Shown here one piece after another: positions 1 through 13,829 of a stretch of 64,000 nt of DNA (position 1 is its first letter; each line of letters opens with the position of its first letter). Under the pieces are notes generated by a model. That model had not been told where the DNA came from and made no database searches. It saw nothing but the letters and a program-made list of their open reading frames with translations. Source of the DNA: Ginglymostoma cirratum (taxonomy: Eukaryota); contig JAHRHZ010000268.1 of the NCBI GenBank assembly GCA_024137785.1, forward strand, positions 15,109,734-15,173,733, given 5' to 3'. Position numbers and translations under genes: made by a program.

Positions 1-609
1 AGCTGTTGGGCTGTTCTCGCAAATGAACTGGCATCTAAGTTGCGATAAAGCATCATCTAGCACTAAGGAGCTTGACTTTTTGCTACTAAGATGCTTGCAA
101 ATTGATCTTCTAGTCACTGATAGTGAGGACAACTGCACGTGTGAAAAGGCCTTTTATTTTTGGGAACTCCAATTCAGGAGTTATCTCTAACCATAAGTGT
201 TCCAGAACCACCTTACGTACTGACACAGATGCGTGACCAACAGCTGCTGTGTGTTGTTTGACATTTCAGGTAAGAAGCTGAACAGATTCTAAGAAGATGA
301 AATGAAGACTTCCTTCTGTTAAATGAGTGTAATTTAGTGCAGTTTGAGCAAAAAGCAAACCATGGTGCTAGTTAGTAATGTGGTTATTTATTTCTTGGAG
401 TGATCACAGCCTTGCAAGATTCTGTAGCCACCACATGGAGACATTGGCTGCACCTCTCCCACTCTCACCCTCACAACTTGAGAAACTTAAAAAAAAAGAT
501 TTAACTTACCTTCAAGGGTCCCATTCACTTTCACACCAGCACTTCCCTAGTGGGATCTATTTGTAACCTTTTGGGGAGATGATGCATCCTACCTCACTGG
601 CTGCACTGG

Positions 610-1780
610 CCTGAAACAAAAACAGAAATTGCTGGAGAAACTGAGCAGATCTGACAGCATCTGTAAAAGAAAGCAGAATTAATGCTTTGAGTCCATTGAC
701 CCTACCTCAGAATTGATAGTAGCTGGGAAAAGGTGGTATATGTTCTGAAAACTGGGAAGAAAAACTAAACAGATAGAGATTCAGACCAGACAGAGAGAAA
801 GGCAGTTTGACAGATGAAGGGATGGATAACAATAAGCCAGGGAAGAAGGAAAACTGACAATGGAGACTATAGGTAAGTGAAAATGGATTGGTTGTGTAGA
901 AACCACCCCATGTCATGACAGGGCCTGGGGTATGAGGCTGGGTACAGGACGTCAAAAGAGGTGTTCTGTACTGAGTCTGCAGGAGGCTGCAGGAACCCCA
1001 AGCAGAAATTAAATTGCTGCTTTTCCAGCTTGCACTGAAGCATTGCAGCAGGCCCGAAACAGAGATGTTGGTGAAGGAACGTGGTGTTAATCATAGATCA
1101 TCATAGAATCCCTACAGTGTGGAAATAGGCCCTTTGGCCCAACAAGTGCGCACCAACCCTCAAAGCATCCCATCCAGACCAATTCCCTTATAACTCACCT
1201 AATCTACACATCCCTGAACACTATGGGCAATTTAGCATGGCCAATCCATCTAGCCTACACATCTTTGGACTGTGGGAGGAAACCGGAGCACCCAGAGGAA
1301 ACCCACGCAGACACGGGTAGAATGTGCAAACATCACGTAGACAGTCGCCTGAGGGTGGAATCGAATCAGGTTCCTGGTGCTGTGAGATAGCAGCGCTAAC
1401 CACTGAGCCACCATGTCACCCCACTGTCCCGTATTGAAAAGGCAGGCAACTGGAAGCTCGAGGTCATTTTTATTGACAGAACTTAGTCCGGGTGACCATT
1501 TTGTGGAACACCCTGCATTTTGTCTCCCCATGAAGAGTCTACAATGTGAGCAGTGAATATGATAGAGTAGATTGAGTGACAAGCAGATAAACCGCACATG
1601 AGGAAGGAGGAAGTAAGTGGGCTGGCATTGCACCTTCTGTGATTGCATGAGAAGGTGCTGTGGAGGAGTGGGGAGGTGTTTGGAGTGGACCAGGGTGTTC
1701 CAGAGAGAGCAGTCCCTGCAGAAGGCTGAAGGGAGGGGAGGACTACACTGGTCTCCTGGTTTATACAGGAGTGTATGAGG
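610..1780 (-). mobile_element. Decayed Penelope-like element (Neptune-type): 3' part with GIY-YIG endonuclease and terminal repeat, interrupted by an HE1 SINE
   Basis: The minus strand encodes TFSCNHRRCNAS (Cys-rich linker) and FICLSLNLLYHIHCSHCRLFMG(ET) (GIY-YIG relic). The terminal repeat at 610-715 has a degenerate hammerhead. Confidence 0.75.
1091..1422 (-). mobile_element. HE1-type tRNA-derived V-SINE, full length
   Basis: A box TGGCTCAGTGG, B-box-like GATTCGATTCC, V-domain GTGGGTTTCCTCTGGGTGCTCCGGTTTCCTCCCACAGTCCAAAGA, and CR1/HER1-like tail ACTGTAGGGATTCTATGA. Confidence 0.88.
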
Positions 1781-2004
1781 CTTCTACTTAAAAGGCAGGC
1801 CGTGACCAGTGGTGGTGATAATGTGCTAGTTTTGTGGTAGAATTTGTTTAACTCTATTTGCATCAGTTTCTGTTTTAGAGCCTTGAAATATTTGCCAATG
1901 AATTTATATATATATATATAAATATTCATTCTTTATTGTGGAGAAATGTTTTATACTTAAAAAAAATTATTATATTAATAGATTACTTATTCCTATCTGC
2001 TTAG

Positions 2005-2131
2005 GCCATGCACCCTCGGACTATAAATTGCTGTCAGTACATGTTATGATTCGCCATGGTGACAGGTATCCTCTCTATGCCATTCCGAAAACAAAGCCAC
2101 CACCTATTGACTGTATCCTAATTCCCACTAG
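2005..2131 (+). CDS. PXYLP1: PXYLP1 internal coding exon carrying the catalytic RHGxRxP motif
   Basis: Bounded by ttag|GC and AG|gtaagt, 127 nt. Encodes (G)HAPSDYKLLSVHVMIRHGDRYPLYAIPKTKPPPIDCILIPT(R), which has the histidine acid phosphatase RHGDRYP motif and closely matches vertebrate PXYLP1/ACPL2 as I recall it. Confidence 0.95.
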
Positions 2132-2174
2132 GTAAGTTCATTCATAAAATTTGATTAACATTAGATTGTTGTGA

Positions 2175-4620
2175 CTTTTTGGAAGGACAGACAGGAAGGA
2201 AAGGGTGGTGGGTATTCTTGGTCTGGGATGGACTAAGTATGATAACAAGAAATGACCTTGATCAGTAGATGTAGAACCAACATGGGTGGAGGTAGGAAAT
2301 AAAAAGGAGGTGAAGACACTGGGAGGAGTTATATATAGGCCTCTAATCCTATCCATACGGAGGAACAGAGAATATATCTGGAGATAATGAAAGCATGTAA
2401 CAAAATCAGTTATGTAATCATGGGTGACTTTAATCTTCATGTCGATTGAGATAAGCAGATTGGCAAAGGATGAATTCGAGGAGTGTAGCCAGAACAGTTT
2501 CCTGGCACAATATGTTATAGATCCAACTTGGGATCAGGTAGTTTTTGATCTGTAATGAGGCAGGTTTAATGAATGACCTTAGAGTAAAAGATCCCTGAGG
2601 AAACAGCAATCATTACATGGTAGAATTTAACATTCAGTTTTAAGAGGGGATAATCTAGGTGGGAAACAACTGGGCTAAGCTTAAATAAAGGTAAGGGCAG
2701 AGCTGGCTAGAATGAATAAGGAGAGGCGTTTAGCAGAAAAAAAACCAGTTGTGGAACAACAGCAAACATTTTAAGAAAGTAGCTCATACTCACAACAAAG
2801 GTATATCTCAGTAAGAAAGTAGGATCCTAGGAAGGTGTTATGCCAACCATGGTTAATACCAAGCCCAACAGTAAAAACATCCTTAAATATATAAAACAGA
2901 AGAGGCCAAGGTTAACATAGGTCGCTGAGAGAATGAGGATGGGAAATAACAATGGGGAATCCAGGAAATAGGAAAGGTGTTAACTAGATACTTTGCATCA
3001 GTAGCATTCCAAAATTAATAAATAACAAAAAGGCAACATGAGGAAAGGAAATCAATATAGTAACTATCACTGTACAAAGTGCTAGGGAAACTAATGGTAC
3101 TAAAGTTTGATAAGTTCCATGGAGCTGATGCACTATACCCTATGGTATTAAGGGGAGTAGTCACAGAGAGTGTGGATGCTCTGGTTGAAATCTTGCAAGA
3201 ATCCTTACATTCTGGAAAAATTGAAGAGGGATTGGAAACTGCCAAAAGTAGCATCTTTAATCAAAAAGGGAAGGAGTCAAAAATGCTTGATTATGCCAGT
3301 TAACTTTACATTTGTTGATGGGAAAATATTGGAGTATTATAAATGATGCAATAGCAAAACTTTAAGAAATGCATAAATGGTCAAGCAGAGTCAGCATGAA
3401 GGGGAAATTGTGCCTGACAAAATTATTCAAATTCTTTAAGGAGATAGCAAGAGGATAGATGTAGAAGTTGTAGATATAGCCTATTTGGGTTTTCATAAAG
3501 TGTTTGATTAGGCTATTTAATAAGACCCCAAGGTGTTTCAAATTAATATGGATAGAGAATTGGCTAACGAATAAAAGACACAGAATTGACTAGGATGACA
3601 ACCTGTTACTAGTGGAATGCCACAGAGATCAGAGCAGACGCCACAGCTATTTAGAATATAGATTAATGGTTGGATGAAGAAAGTGAATGTACTATAACCA
3701 ATTTTGTGAATGACACAAAAATTGTTGAGAAGGCAAGTGGTTAGAATGACAGACTCTACAGAGGGATATCGACCTGTTAAATCTGTGGAAAATATTTGGC
3801 AGATGGAATGTAATGTGGGAAAATGTGAAATTATGCATTTAACAGGAAGAATTGAGCAGCTGGATGTCACATAAATGGAGAAAGACTGCAGAAAGCTGTA
3901 GCACAGAGGGTTTTGGGGGTCCCCGTATATAAATCACAAAAAGCTGGCAAATAAATTCAGCAGGTAAAATGGAAGGCAAATGTAATGTTGGCCTTTACTT
4001 CAAAGGGAAGATAGTTTAAAAATAGAAAGATCTTGCTAAGCTCAGGCTTTAGTTAGACTATGGCTGGAATACCATGAAGAGTTTTTGTCCTTCAAAAGGA
4101 AATATTGATATTGAAGGCAGTCCAGAAAAGGTTCACCAGGTTGATTCCAGGTTTGAAGGGATTTTCATATGAAGAGAGGTTGAATAGATTGGGCCTGTAC
4201 TCATTGGAATTTAGAAGAATAAGAAGAGATCTTGTTGTAATGGATAAGATTGCTGGGTGACTTAATAGGGTAGATATGAAGAAATTGTTTCCCTTGTGGG
4301 AGAGTCTAGGAGCAGAGGGCATAATCTTGGAGTAAAGAGTCATTCATTTAAGAAAGTGTTGAGGATTTTTTAAAATTTCAGATGATAGTGAGTCTGTGGA
4401 ATTCTTTACCACAGAGCGCTTTTGAGGCTGATTATTGTGCATATTCAAGGTTGAGATAGACAGATTTTTAATCAGTGAAGTGATCAAGTGTTATGAGGAA
4501 AAGGCAGGAAAGTGGAATTGAGGATTGTCGGGTCAGCCATGATCCCATTAAATGGTGCAGTAGACCTGATGGGTTGAATGGCCTAGTGGCCTAGTTCTGT
4601 TCCTATGTTTTGTTACCTTA
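2175..4620 (+). mobile_element. Decayed CR1 LINE ORF2 (APE endonuclease to RT to 3' UTR)
   Basis: Frameshifted relics include KDRQEGKGGG, IMGDFN, DKFHGADALYPMVL, WQMECNVGKCEIMH and EAVQKRFTRLIPG, followed by a CR1 3' stem-loop tail. Confidence 0.85.
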
Positions 4621-5429
4621 TGGTGATTGTGAAATGATGTTGATGCACGAAATAAAATGTAATCAGATTAAAGTAGGTTAAAGTCTCAAAATACAACACT
4701 GACCAATATTTAGAAGTTTTCAAAAATACAAATAAACTGTAGCTAATGCAAACATTCCAATAGAGCTTTGTTTTGTATAGTAAGTAAAAATATTTACAAT
4801 GTAATTGAAACTCTTGGTAAATTTTCTGATGGAATAACAAACACTTAATGATTACTTGGTTGCAACAGATTTATCCCTTCTGGAGGATACAGGCTGTGAA
4901 GTTAGCCATTGACCAATTTCCTGTGGGTTATGAATTCCATATGCTGTGGCACTGAGGGTGAGGCATATTGCAGCACAGAATCAGTGCAAACTATTTTGGA
5001 AAAGAAAGTAGAGCAGCCAGACCTCAAGATTCATGATTGAGTGCGAAAGGAAGGAGGACTCACAGACAGTCAGAGGCACCTAAGAGAGCAAGAGAAAACA
5101 GTCACCAGCACCTAAAGGAACAGCAGAGAATGCAGACAACATATAAAACAGTGTGAGGAGAGGTGAATAAAAAGTCTTAATGACATCACAAGAAATTGTG
5201 AATTGAATGGTTGTTTAGCAGCCACTGTTAGAGACTATGTCGCAACTCCAGTAATTTTGAACAATGTATATTTCTGAATTAACACAGTGAAAGAAATAAT
5301 TTATAAGCGCAGGAGAGGAAGCTGCTTTGTAAGTAAGGGTGAAGAATTTCTGCTTTCTACTAATGACTAGTCAAGAGAGTGAAGTTAAAATAAATGCAGT
5401 AACCAAAGTTGATGTAACTGAAAAGTATA

Positions 5430-8400
5430 AGTTAAGGTATGACAAGCCAGCTCAGCTGAGCAGAATGTCTGACCTGTGGCAGGTGGGGAAATGTAGACAC
5501 TTCTCTTGACCTAAACTAGCTAATGTATACTAAATAGCAAGGGTTGCACAAGCTTGAGCTCAAGGGTTTCAGACTTCAAGCAGTGATGAGGTGCAACTGA
5601 GAAGCAGAGAACTATGTTAATAGCACTTATGAGAGGAGGTCACACTCCAATTTAGGAGAAAGCAAGCACATGGAGAATGGTTGAGCATCAGGCAGTCCAA
5701 GAGAAACTGACAGGTAAAGCAGGAACCCACAGAGGTCATGCTCATCCTGTTCTGGATTTTAGTGAGGACAATGGATCCTTAGAGGAGTGCAAGAACAGCC
5801 AAGCCTATGGTGCCACCAGTGGTTCATCTGTACAGGAAGGGAGGGAAATAAGTGGAAAGGCAACAGTGATGGGGCACTACTGTTCAGTTAGGGAAATAGA
5901 TAGGCATTTCTGTGACAATCAACATGACTTCAAGATGGTGTGTTGCCTCCCTGTTGCAAGGATCAAGGATGTCATAGATCAACTATAGGAAATTCTTTCA
6001 GAGAAGACAAACAGCTAGAAGTCGTGTTCCACAATCTAGGCAGGAAGGGGGATATAGTCCTGCAGCTGGAAATTGGGGAGCTGGGTAGAAAATGTACAAG
6101 TAGCATTTATAAAGTAGTGATCCCAAATGACTCCCAATGCTATGTGCCAATGACTACGGAAATCAGAAGATTAATCAGATGAACATGTTGCTGGATAGAT
6201 GGTGTAGGAGGGAGGGCTTTAGATTCTTGGGACATTGCATCTGGTTCTAAGGGAGATGACACTGTACAAATTTGACAGTGGTTGAATCCGGAAAGATCAG
6301 GACTGGGTTCCTTGCCAGATATTTAGCTGGTGAGGATATGGAAAGGGTTTAAACTAACTCATCAGTGATGTGGGAACCAGCAGAGAATATTAAAAGGTAT
6401 TACCAAAATGCCAGGAGATGTAAACAATACTAGAATAGTAAGTTAATATGTGGATTCAAAGTAAGGGAGAAAGTAATGAATTCTAAATCAGGTTTACACT
6501 GTATGTAAATGAGTGCGAAGGGTATAGTTAATATATAAAAAGAAGGGAGCGAAAGGAACAGGTTGCTTTAGGATTATGATGTGGCAATAACTGTGCCTTA
6601 GCTCAAGGAAGGGCAGTTCTGAGTGTTAAATATTTCTGGTAACAAGGTGTTCAGGGAAGAAAAGGGGTTGGCAGTTGGGTTAAGGAGAGCTTTGCAGAAC
6701 TGAAGAAAGAGGACCTCTTCAGAAATTTGAGGACAGAATTGATTCAGCAAGAGCTAATGAATAAGAAGGATGCAGTTACAATGCTCAGTGTAACAGACCA
6801 CCAGTTAGTGGAAAGGGTTTAGATGAACAAATCTACAACTAAATTATAGGGATGCACAAATATCACAGCGTCGTTTTAATAACCCCTTTATCGACTGGAT
6901 TAGCAGTAATGCGAAAGTCAGATGTTCTGAGATCGTGTTCAGGAAAGTTTCTTGCGGCAGTGTGGGGCCAAATTCAAGAAGAAAGGAAACACCTGGTTGT
7001 TGGGAATGGGATGGACCAGGTAGACCTAGTGACAGCGAGGGAACATATTGGGCACGGTGACCATTGTATCGTAAGGGACAACATTGGAAAATCAAGAAAA
7101 TGAATAATCAACTGGAGAGAGTGGTCATCGCTGGGCCCAGAATGGAGCTTGACAGAGTAGACTGGAATCAGAAGTTAGTTGATAAAATAGTAACTGAGCA
7201 ATGGCATTCTTTAAAGAAGAGGTGGTTTTGGTACATTCAAGGTATGTTCTGTCAAAAGTGAAAGGTAGAACAGACAAATCCAGATTTCTGTTGATGTCAG
7301 TGGAGATGGAAATGAAATTCCAGAAATAAAAGTGTGCTTACAACACATGTTAGAGAACAAATATAGTTTAAAAAAAAAACAAATGAACACAAATGGGAGA
7401 TGAAAAACCAATAGGAGAGGCAAAGAGAAAATGTTGGGCAGCTAACATAAAGGGAAACCCCAAAACCTTCTATAGGGACATCAGCAGTTAAAGAGTGGTA
7501 AATATAGGAGTAACACCAATTAAGGACTAGAAAGGGAATTTACACATGGAGGCAAGAGGCTTCGCTGAGATATCACATGAATACTTTGCAGCTTTCTTTG
7601 ACTTGGGCAGAATCTGCTCTGTAGGTAATGCGACAGAAAAGAAAAAGCGATCACAAGAAGGTTTTTTAAAAAGTGATGAGATTTTGGATAAACTGTTGGT
7701 ACTTAAAATTGAAAAGGACCCAGGACTGAATGAGATCAACTAAGCATATTGAAGGAAGTGGATTTCGTAGTCACATTGACAATAATTTTTCAAACTTCCC
7801 TAGCTTTGGGGATAGTGCAGAGGATGGAGAATTACAAAATTACAGAAAAAAACTGGAGTTCAAAAAAAGAGTCACTTGACCCAAAACGTTAACTCTGATT
7901 TCTCTCCACAGATGCTGCCAGACCTGCTGAGCTTTTCCAGCAATTTCTGCTTTTGTTTCTGATTTATAGCGTCTACAGTTTTTTCAGTTTTAGTAAAAAA
8001 AAAGCGTTATTCTAAACAGTGCAGGAGCAGAGAAACTTAGGTGTACATATACATGTCATTAAAGTTGGCAGGACTGGTAGAGAGAGCTGTTAGTAAAGCA
8101 TACAGTATTGTAAGCTCCATTAGTGGAAGCACAATGTACAAGAGCAGGGAAATTATGCTGAAACAATACAGGACACAAGTTAGATTTTAGTTGGAGTATT
8201 TTGTACGGCTCTGGGCACCATTCTGTGTGAAGGATGTGAATGCATGGGTGAGTGTGCAGGAGAGATTTACAAGAATGTTTCCTGGGACAAGAAACTTCAA
8301 TTATTTGCATAGGTTGGAGAGGTTGGGACAGTTTTCTTTCCAGATGGGAAGGCTGAGGGGAGATTTGATAGACATTTTCAAAATCATGAAGGGTCTCGAC

Positions 8401-8730
8401 AAAATAGATTGGAAGAAACTGTTCCTCATTTTGAAAGGTTCGGGAATCAGAAGGCAAAATTTTAAGTTACTTTGCAAAAGAAGCAAATACGAGGTGAGAG
8501 AAATCTTTCTCACACTGAGTGGTCAGGGTTTGGAATGTGCTGCCTGGAAGTGTGATGGAGTCAAGTTCAACTGAGTCATTCAACACAGCATTGAATGATT
8601 ATTTAAATAGAAACAACATGCAGGGCAATGGGGAAAGCCAGGGACTTGGCATTCCCTCAAATTGCTCACAGAGCTTTTGTGGACATTGTGGACTGATTGG
8701 CATCCTGCATCATAAAAATTCTGAGATTCC
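5430..8730 (+). mobile_element. Decayed near-full-length CR1 LINE (ORF1 SGNH/esterase-like plus ORF2 with internal deletion)
   Basis: ORF1 relic ATVMGHYCSVREIDRHFC...VCCLPVARIKDV at 5677-5988. ORF2 relic EYFVRLWAP...VQERFTRMFPG...RLRGDLIDIFKIMKG at 8191-8574. A PLE terminus sits at the deletion point. Confidence 0.82.
7855..7993 (+). mobile_element. PLE terminal-repeat fragment with degenerate hammerhead
   Basis: GAGTT...GAGTCACTTGACCC-AAAACGTT-AACTC followed by CACAGATGCTGCCAGACCTGCTGAGCTTTTCCAGC. Same family as 37540-37675. Confidence 0.75.
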
Positions 8731-9404
8731 TAGTGAGGTGCCATAGTAATGTCATTGCACTCCTACAAAGGGAAATCCAGAAGTTAAGATGAAGATTATT
8801 AGCAGCTATGAACACTATGGTTGTATTGAATACTCCTGCTCCTATTTTGATATTATTAGCTGGAAGTGCTTTGTGAAGATAGGGAGAACTATGTTTCTGC
8901 CGCTATAACCACTGACCTCCCTGTTACCAAACTAAAACTGGGCTACAGACTTGAAGGGATGTAGTAGTGTTTTGTGCATATAATGGGCTGGAAATCAATG
9001 AAACTTAGTAAATAATTTATGGGAATGCTTGAGAGGTATGCGGAAGCAAGAGACATATTTAGTAATTTTAAACTGTCTTAAGATAAACAAATATGGATAA
9101 AAATGCTGCAAAGGCTGTTCTTGGATCATAATATTGTTAGGTCAACAGTGAAAGAAACATTGATTTAATTCTAGCAAATGAATTGAGGCAAATAACTGAT
9201 GTTGGTTAAGAGAACATTGGGGAAATGAAGACTGTAATCCATCTGACTGAAACATGAAAAACAATCCTACCGGTAATAGCAATAAAGAAAATCATGAGGA
9301 ATACATTAGTGAGACAAAAAGTTCAAAGGGCTAACAGGGAGTATGAAGTTAGGATATAAAAGGAAAAAAAGACAACTTTTACAAGCCCAAAAAAAAACAA
9401 CAGA

Positions 9405-9975
9405 CAATCACAGAATTATTAAATCATAGGAAGAGGCCATTTGGCCCATTACATACGTATACGATCTCCACTGGATGAACTTAGCTAGTGCCACCCCCTT
9501 CCTTCTCCCTCCACCCTTACATATTGTTCCTTTTAAAGGACAACCCAATTCTCTCTTGCATGGCTCAATATAACTTTCATTAATCGAAACTTCATGTTGT
9601 GCCTTCCAGATCCTGGCACTCATTGTGTGAAAAAAATGTTTTTTTACTGTCATGTCACCATTGCTTCTTTTGGCAATTACCTCAAAGCTGTGCCCTCTTG
9701 CTCTCGATCCTTCTAACAACAGGCACAGTTTCTCCTCCTCTAAGCTGTCCAATCCCTTCATGATTTTGAAACAACTGTATGAAATTTCCTCCCAACGTCT
9801 TATCCAAAGAAAACAGTTTCAACATCTCCAATCTCTCCTACATAGGTGAAGTTCCTCATCTTTGGGACCAATCTTCTGAACCTTTCCTGCAGCCCTTCCA
9901 ATGTCTTCTGATCTTTCTTAAAATGTTGTGCCCAGAACAGTATGCACTATTCAACTGGAGACTGAACCAGTGTTC
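9405..9975 (-). mobile_element. CR1 LINE 3' fragment
   Basis: ORF relic MKGLDSLEEEKL...SRARGHSF...RIWKA and a CR1 tail. Confidence 0.75.
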
Positions 9976-9979
9976 ATTG

Positions 9980-10314
9980 AATCACAGAACCCATACAGTG
10001 TGGAAGCAAGCCATTTGGCCCATTGAGTCCATTCCAACCCTCCAAAAAGCATCTCACCCAGACCCATCCCCTATCCCTGTAACCTTGCATTTCCCATTGC
10101 TAATCCATCTGACCCATACTTGGACACTATGGGCAATTTAGCATCGCCAATCCACCTAAATTGTAAGTCTTTGGAATGTGGAAAGAAACCACAGAGAAAA
10201 CCTATGCAGACACAGAAAGAATGTGAAAACTCCACACAGGCAGTCACTCAAGGCTGGAATTGAACCCTGAGGTCCCTGGTGCTGTGAGGCAGCAATGCTA
10301 ACCACAAAGCCACC
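9980..10314 (-). mobile_element. HE1-type V-SINE (diverged)
   Basis: Collinear with 1091-1422 (ACTATGGGCAATTTAGCAT, CCTGGTGCTGTGAG, GCTAACCAC). Confidence 0.82.
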
Positions 10315-10669
10315 TATATACATTGATCACATGTTGAATCTGATGTTTATTTGGCCGATTACAAGCTGTATTGGAGGGTTCATCACTATGAGACCTTTTG
10401 AGTTCACTCGCCCTTTCCTTAAGAAACTTGCCACATTAATTACATATCACACACCGATGGCGTTTCTCACATCTGATTACTGCCCCATCTTACTATATGC
10501 TGTCTCCATAACAACTCACCAACTCACTGGGTGTCTCTGAATTCATTGGCATCCCTTGCACTCGCACCATCTTTGAAAGGCCACTATGCGCCCTGAGGAG
10601 CACAGTCAGTCCAGAGCTGCCATGCATGGTCCCTGACATTTGGACATGGCCGATAGAGACAAATTGGTG

Positions 10670-10820
10670 GCCATCTTCACTGGCAGGACCTGGAGGTCCT
10701 ACTGGAGGGGGTGGTATGACACAGGGCCTCCTCTTCCCCCAGGACCAGCAGTGGAGGCCAAAACACCAGACCATGCCAGCTTGGTCTGAGGTTGCCACCT
10801 GGGTCAGTGCAGTCTCTGGA
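10670..10820 (+). pseudogene. Myb/SANT-like DNA-binding domain relic, probably from a PIF/Harbinger transposon accessory ORF
   Basis: QDLEVLLEGVV*, then a frameshift to GLLFPQDQQWRPKHQTMPAWSEVATWVSAVS. Fits the LxxLLxxV...LF...AWxEVAxxVxAVS pattern. Confidence 0.5.
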
Positions 10821-13800
10821 GGAATGTGTAGCACCATAGGGGAAGATCAGAGACCTTCTCTTTTCTGCCATTGTAAGTGACACCATTTTCTCTCCAATAC
10901 CTCACCCTCGTTCTATCTCTGCTACTGTACCCACCTCGGCTCAAGCTCAACCACTCTCAATGTTGCATAACATCTTCTCAACTCACTGTCACCATCCCCA
11001 GCTCCCAACAGCACACACCTGCATGCGCTTTGTGCTGTCTACTTACTTGCTTAGGCACTTTGCAACCTGCACCAACAGTAATAGTTGTGCCGCCCGCTTT
11101 CATTTCCTGCAATACCTACCTCTTTCTCATTCCATGAAGAAAACAGCCCACAATAGGGCAGAAAGAGTCCGGACAGGGGTTTTACTGCCTGTCCTTCAGC
11201 TCCTCAACCATTATGAGAAGGAGTTCTCACTCTGAACGTCCCAAAAAGGACCTGAACTGATATCGGAGGCTCCCCTTGATTTAATGTGCTGGGACCCCTG
11301 TCCAAATGCTATTCCCCTTCATATAAAGCCTGGTGACAAGTGTGACAAGCTTCCTGTTGTTTGCGCTAAACAACACAGCAGTGTAACAGTATTATGAGCC
11401 TGGTATCTCTCGCTAAGGAGGCAAAGTGCAAGGCAAATATGCTGTGAGCATCCAGTTAAGCTCAAAGCGAGCAAGTGCTGTGACAATGAGTGAAGAGTCT
11501 GGAGAAATTGTCTGGTCCAGTTTGTGAACTGGATACATGCCCTGAATGTAAAGTGTCCTTGTTGGAATAGTGATAGTTGTTGGTGTAACCTGAATGTGCA
11601 ACATTGAATTGCAGTAGCATCTTGAAGTGGATCAGAGATGTGCCATGAATGATCTTGGAGACTGGTACATGTTGGATGCCAAAATCGATGGAGGTGAATT
11701 GCACGTGGCTGGTGCCCATGGAGCCTGCCCTGAGGTATTGTTGTTTGGTTCCCAACATGTACTTAGTTTGGGGTAAGTGGGTGAGCTGAATCCAGCAGGT
11801 GGCCACTTGAGGTTCCTTGTCAAGTTTTCCCAATGTGTAGCTTGTTTGGCGAGTTTGGTAAGTGGGAGGCTGAAAATTAATGAGAAAAAGTGTAGTGTTA
11901 ACAAAGCGTTATGATGCAATATGCTTTGTTGACTGCCCTCTCAAATTGTCTTGCCACCTTCAGTACTTTAAATGGATATATATTCACATAATTCATTTGT
12001 AGCTGTTTACAAATGATTTAACCATATAACTGCCTTCTCCTTTGGAAAAAAAAAGTTATTTCAATGTAACCATTCCAATCATTCATTTTATTTTCTAAAC
12101 TAAAAGAAAATAAATTTATGAATGAACTGAAGACCCTAATGGTCTTTTATAGCTTTCTAGAAATATTATTCAATGGTATGGCTTAGTGGTAGGATGCGAT
12201 GATTCTATCTTTTGGATTTGTTATCTATCACTCTGTATGGTGAGTTAGCGCTGCAATGCTGTGTCTGTTACTCTTGGTTCTATAGGGGTTGAGTTTGATG
12301 CAGAATCAGTTGACTGCCAGATGCTGGGAGCTCCTCTTCATCAAAAGATGCCAAAGGGTATGAGAGGAGGTGGAGAAAATAATTAAAGAAACAAATAGTA
12401 AATCAATAGCATTTGAGATGTAATGATGAGTTAAAGATCAAAAGCTTAGTAGTTGAGAATTGAGAACTCGGAGATGAATGACTAGGGGAGAAATTATACA
12501 ACCTAAGTATGAGGGGAATTCAGTCCTTGTGTGCAACACCCTAACAGAGCCTGTTGGTACTTTAACAAATTGTTGTTATGGGATTTGAATAGACATTTGT
12601 GTGATTTCTTTTCTGAGAACCTATCTCTCCATTACCCCACTCTAATATATAGAACAAGAATACAGTGGGGCATGGGAGCAATATCGATCGATAAATACAT
12701 ATCCTAGAATAAAATAAATACTTGGCAGTTTGTGTTAAAGCCACTTACCATGCGGTGTGAAATGTGCTTTGAAATTCATATCCTGCAGATACAGCATTTT
12801 AAAAATAATCTGTCAGTGTGTTAATGATGCCTCCTTGCTTTTGATGTATGAGTGGGCTTCTGCCAACTTTCTAAGTCATGGTTATACAATTGTTTGCTGG
12901 TATCATGCAGTTTTAACTGGATGCCAAGAAACTATGTCTGTCTACTGAGGTCTACAAAATAAAAAGATTCTGCATCAGATCCTTAACCATGATGTTGTAC
13001 AAGGCTTTAGCCTCATGTTCAGGTTAGTGTGATGTAACTGCATGTGCTTGTTATGATATGGTGGTCTTTACCAAGAATTCTTCAGTACCACCCTCGTTCA
13101 CAACTTCACCATCTGTCAACATTGATTATGATGATTTAGATGAAATATTTCTATCTGTGTCACATGACATTTTGTTTTATACACTGCTCCAACTGTGTGG
13201 AAGACAGAATGTTGGAATCATTTTTTCTACTACAACTTCACTGAAATGCCCTGTAGAATAAGATAAAAATAGAAGCTTTATAAACAGCAGTCAGCCACTG
13301 TGTATGTTTCAAATCTATGCATTCCACTGTCATATCCTGCTTACAATGGCACAAAAGTGCAAAAGTTTTCTTCATTGCCCTTTTAACAGCCATGCATAAT
13401 TACAACTCTTTAGGTCAGTGTGACCTCTAGGTAAACAACATTGATTCCATCACTATTTGGACTCTAGTCCTGAGCGAACGTAGCCATAAAATAAATTTCC
13501 ATATTGTTCACTTATCTTCTTTCCTTGATTGCTTTCTTTATACTTTCATTCTTCATGTTCTCTTGAGACTTTCTTTCTTCCTGCCTTATACTTACTTTAT
13601 ACTTCACACTGGATATTCGTTCTCACATTGTCTTTATTCCATTCTTTTTCTGTATTCATTCTGTCATGCCCCTCTCCATTTTTGTTCACCACATATAAAA
13701 TAAACATCAAAAAAGGTTCTGTCCTTCACTTTTCGTGGACTGGTAATTCTTACATTTTCCTGTACTCGTTCAGTAGATTTGACCTATAAATCTGTCTTTG

Positions 13801-13829
13801 GACACCTGTTCTATTGATGGGTTATGTTG

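Noticed and set aside
200-275. CAG|gtaaga donor-like site as a possible upstream PXYLP1 exon
   Set aside because: The preceding sequence does not translate to anything resembling the PXYLP1 N-terminal region.
1905-1921. (TA)n microsatellite
   Set aside because: Short, ordinary simple repeat.
1938-2004. N-terminal part of ORF 1938..2135
   Set aside because: Intronic read-through upstream of the ttag acceptor. Only 2005-2131 is exon.
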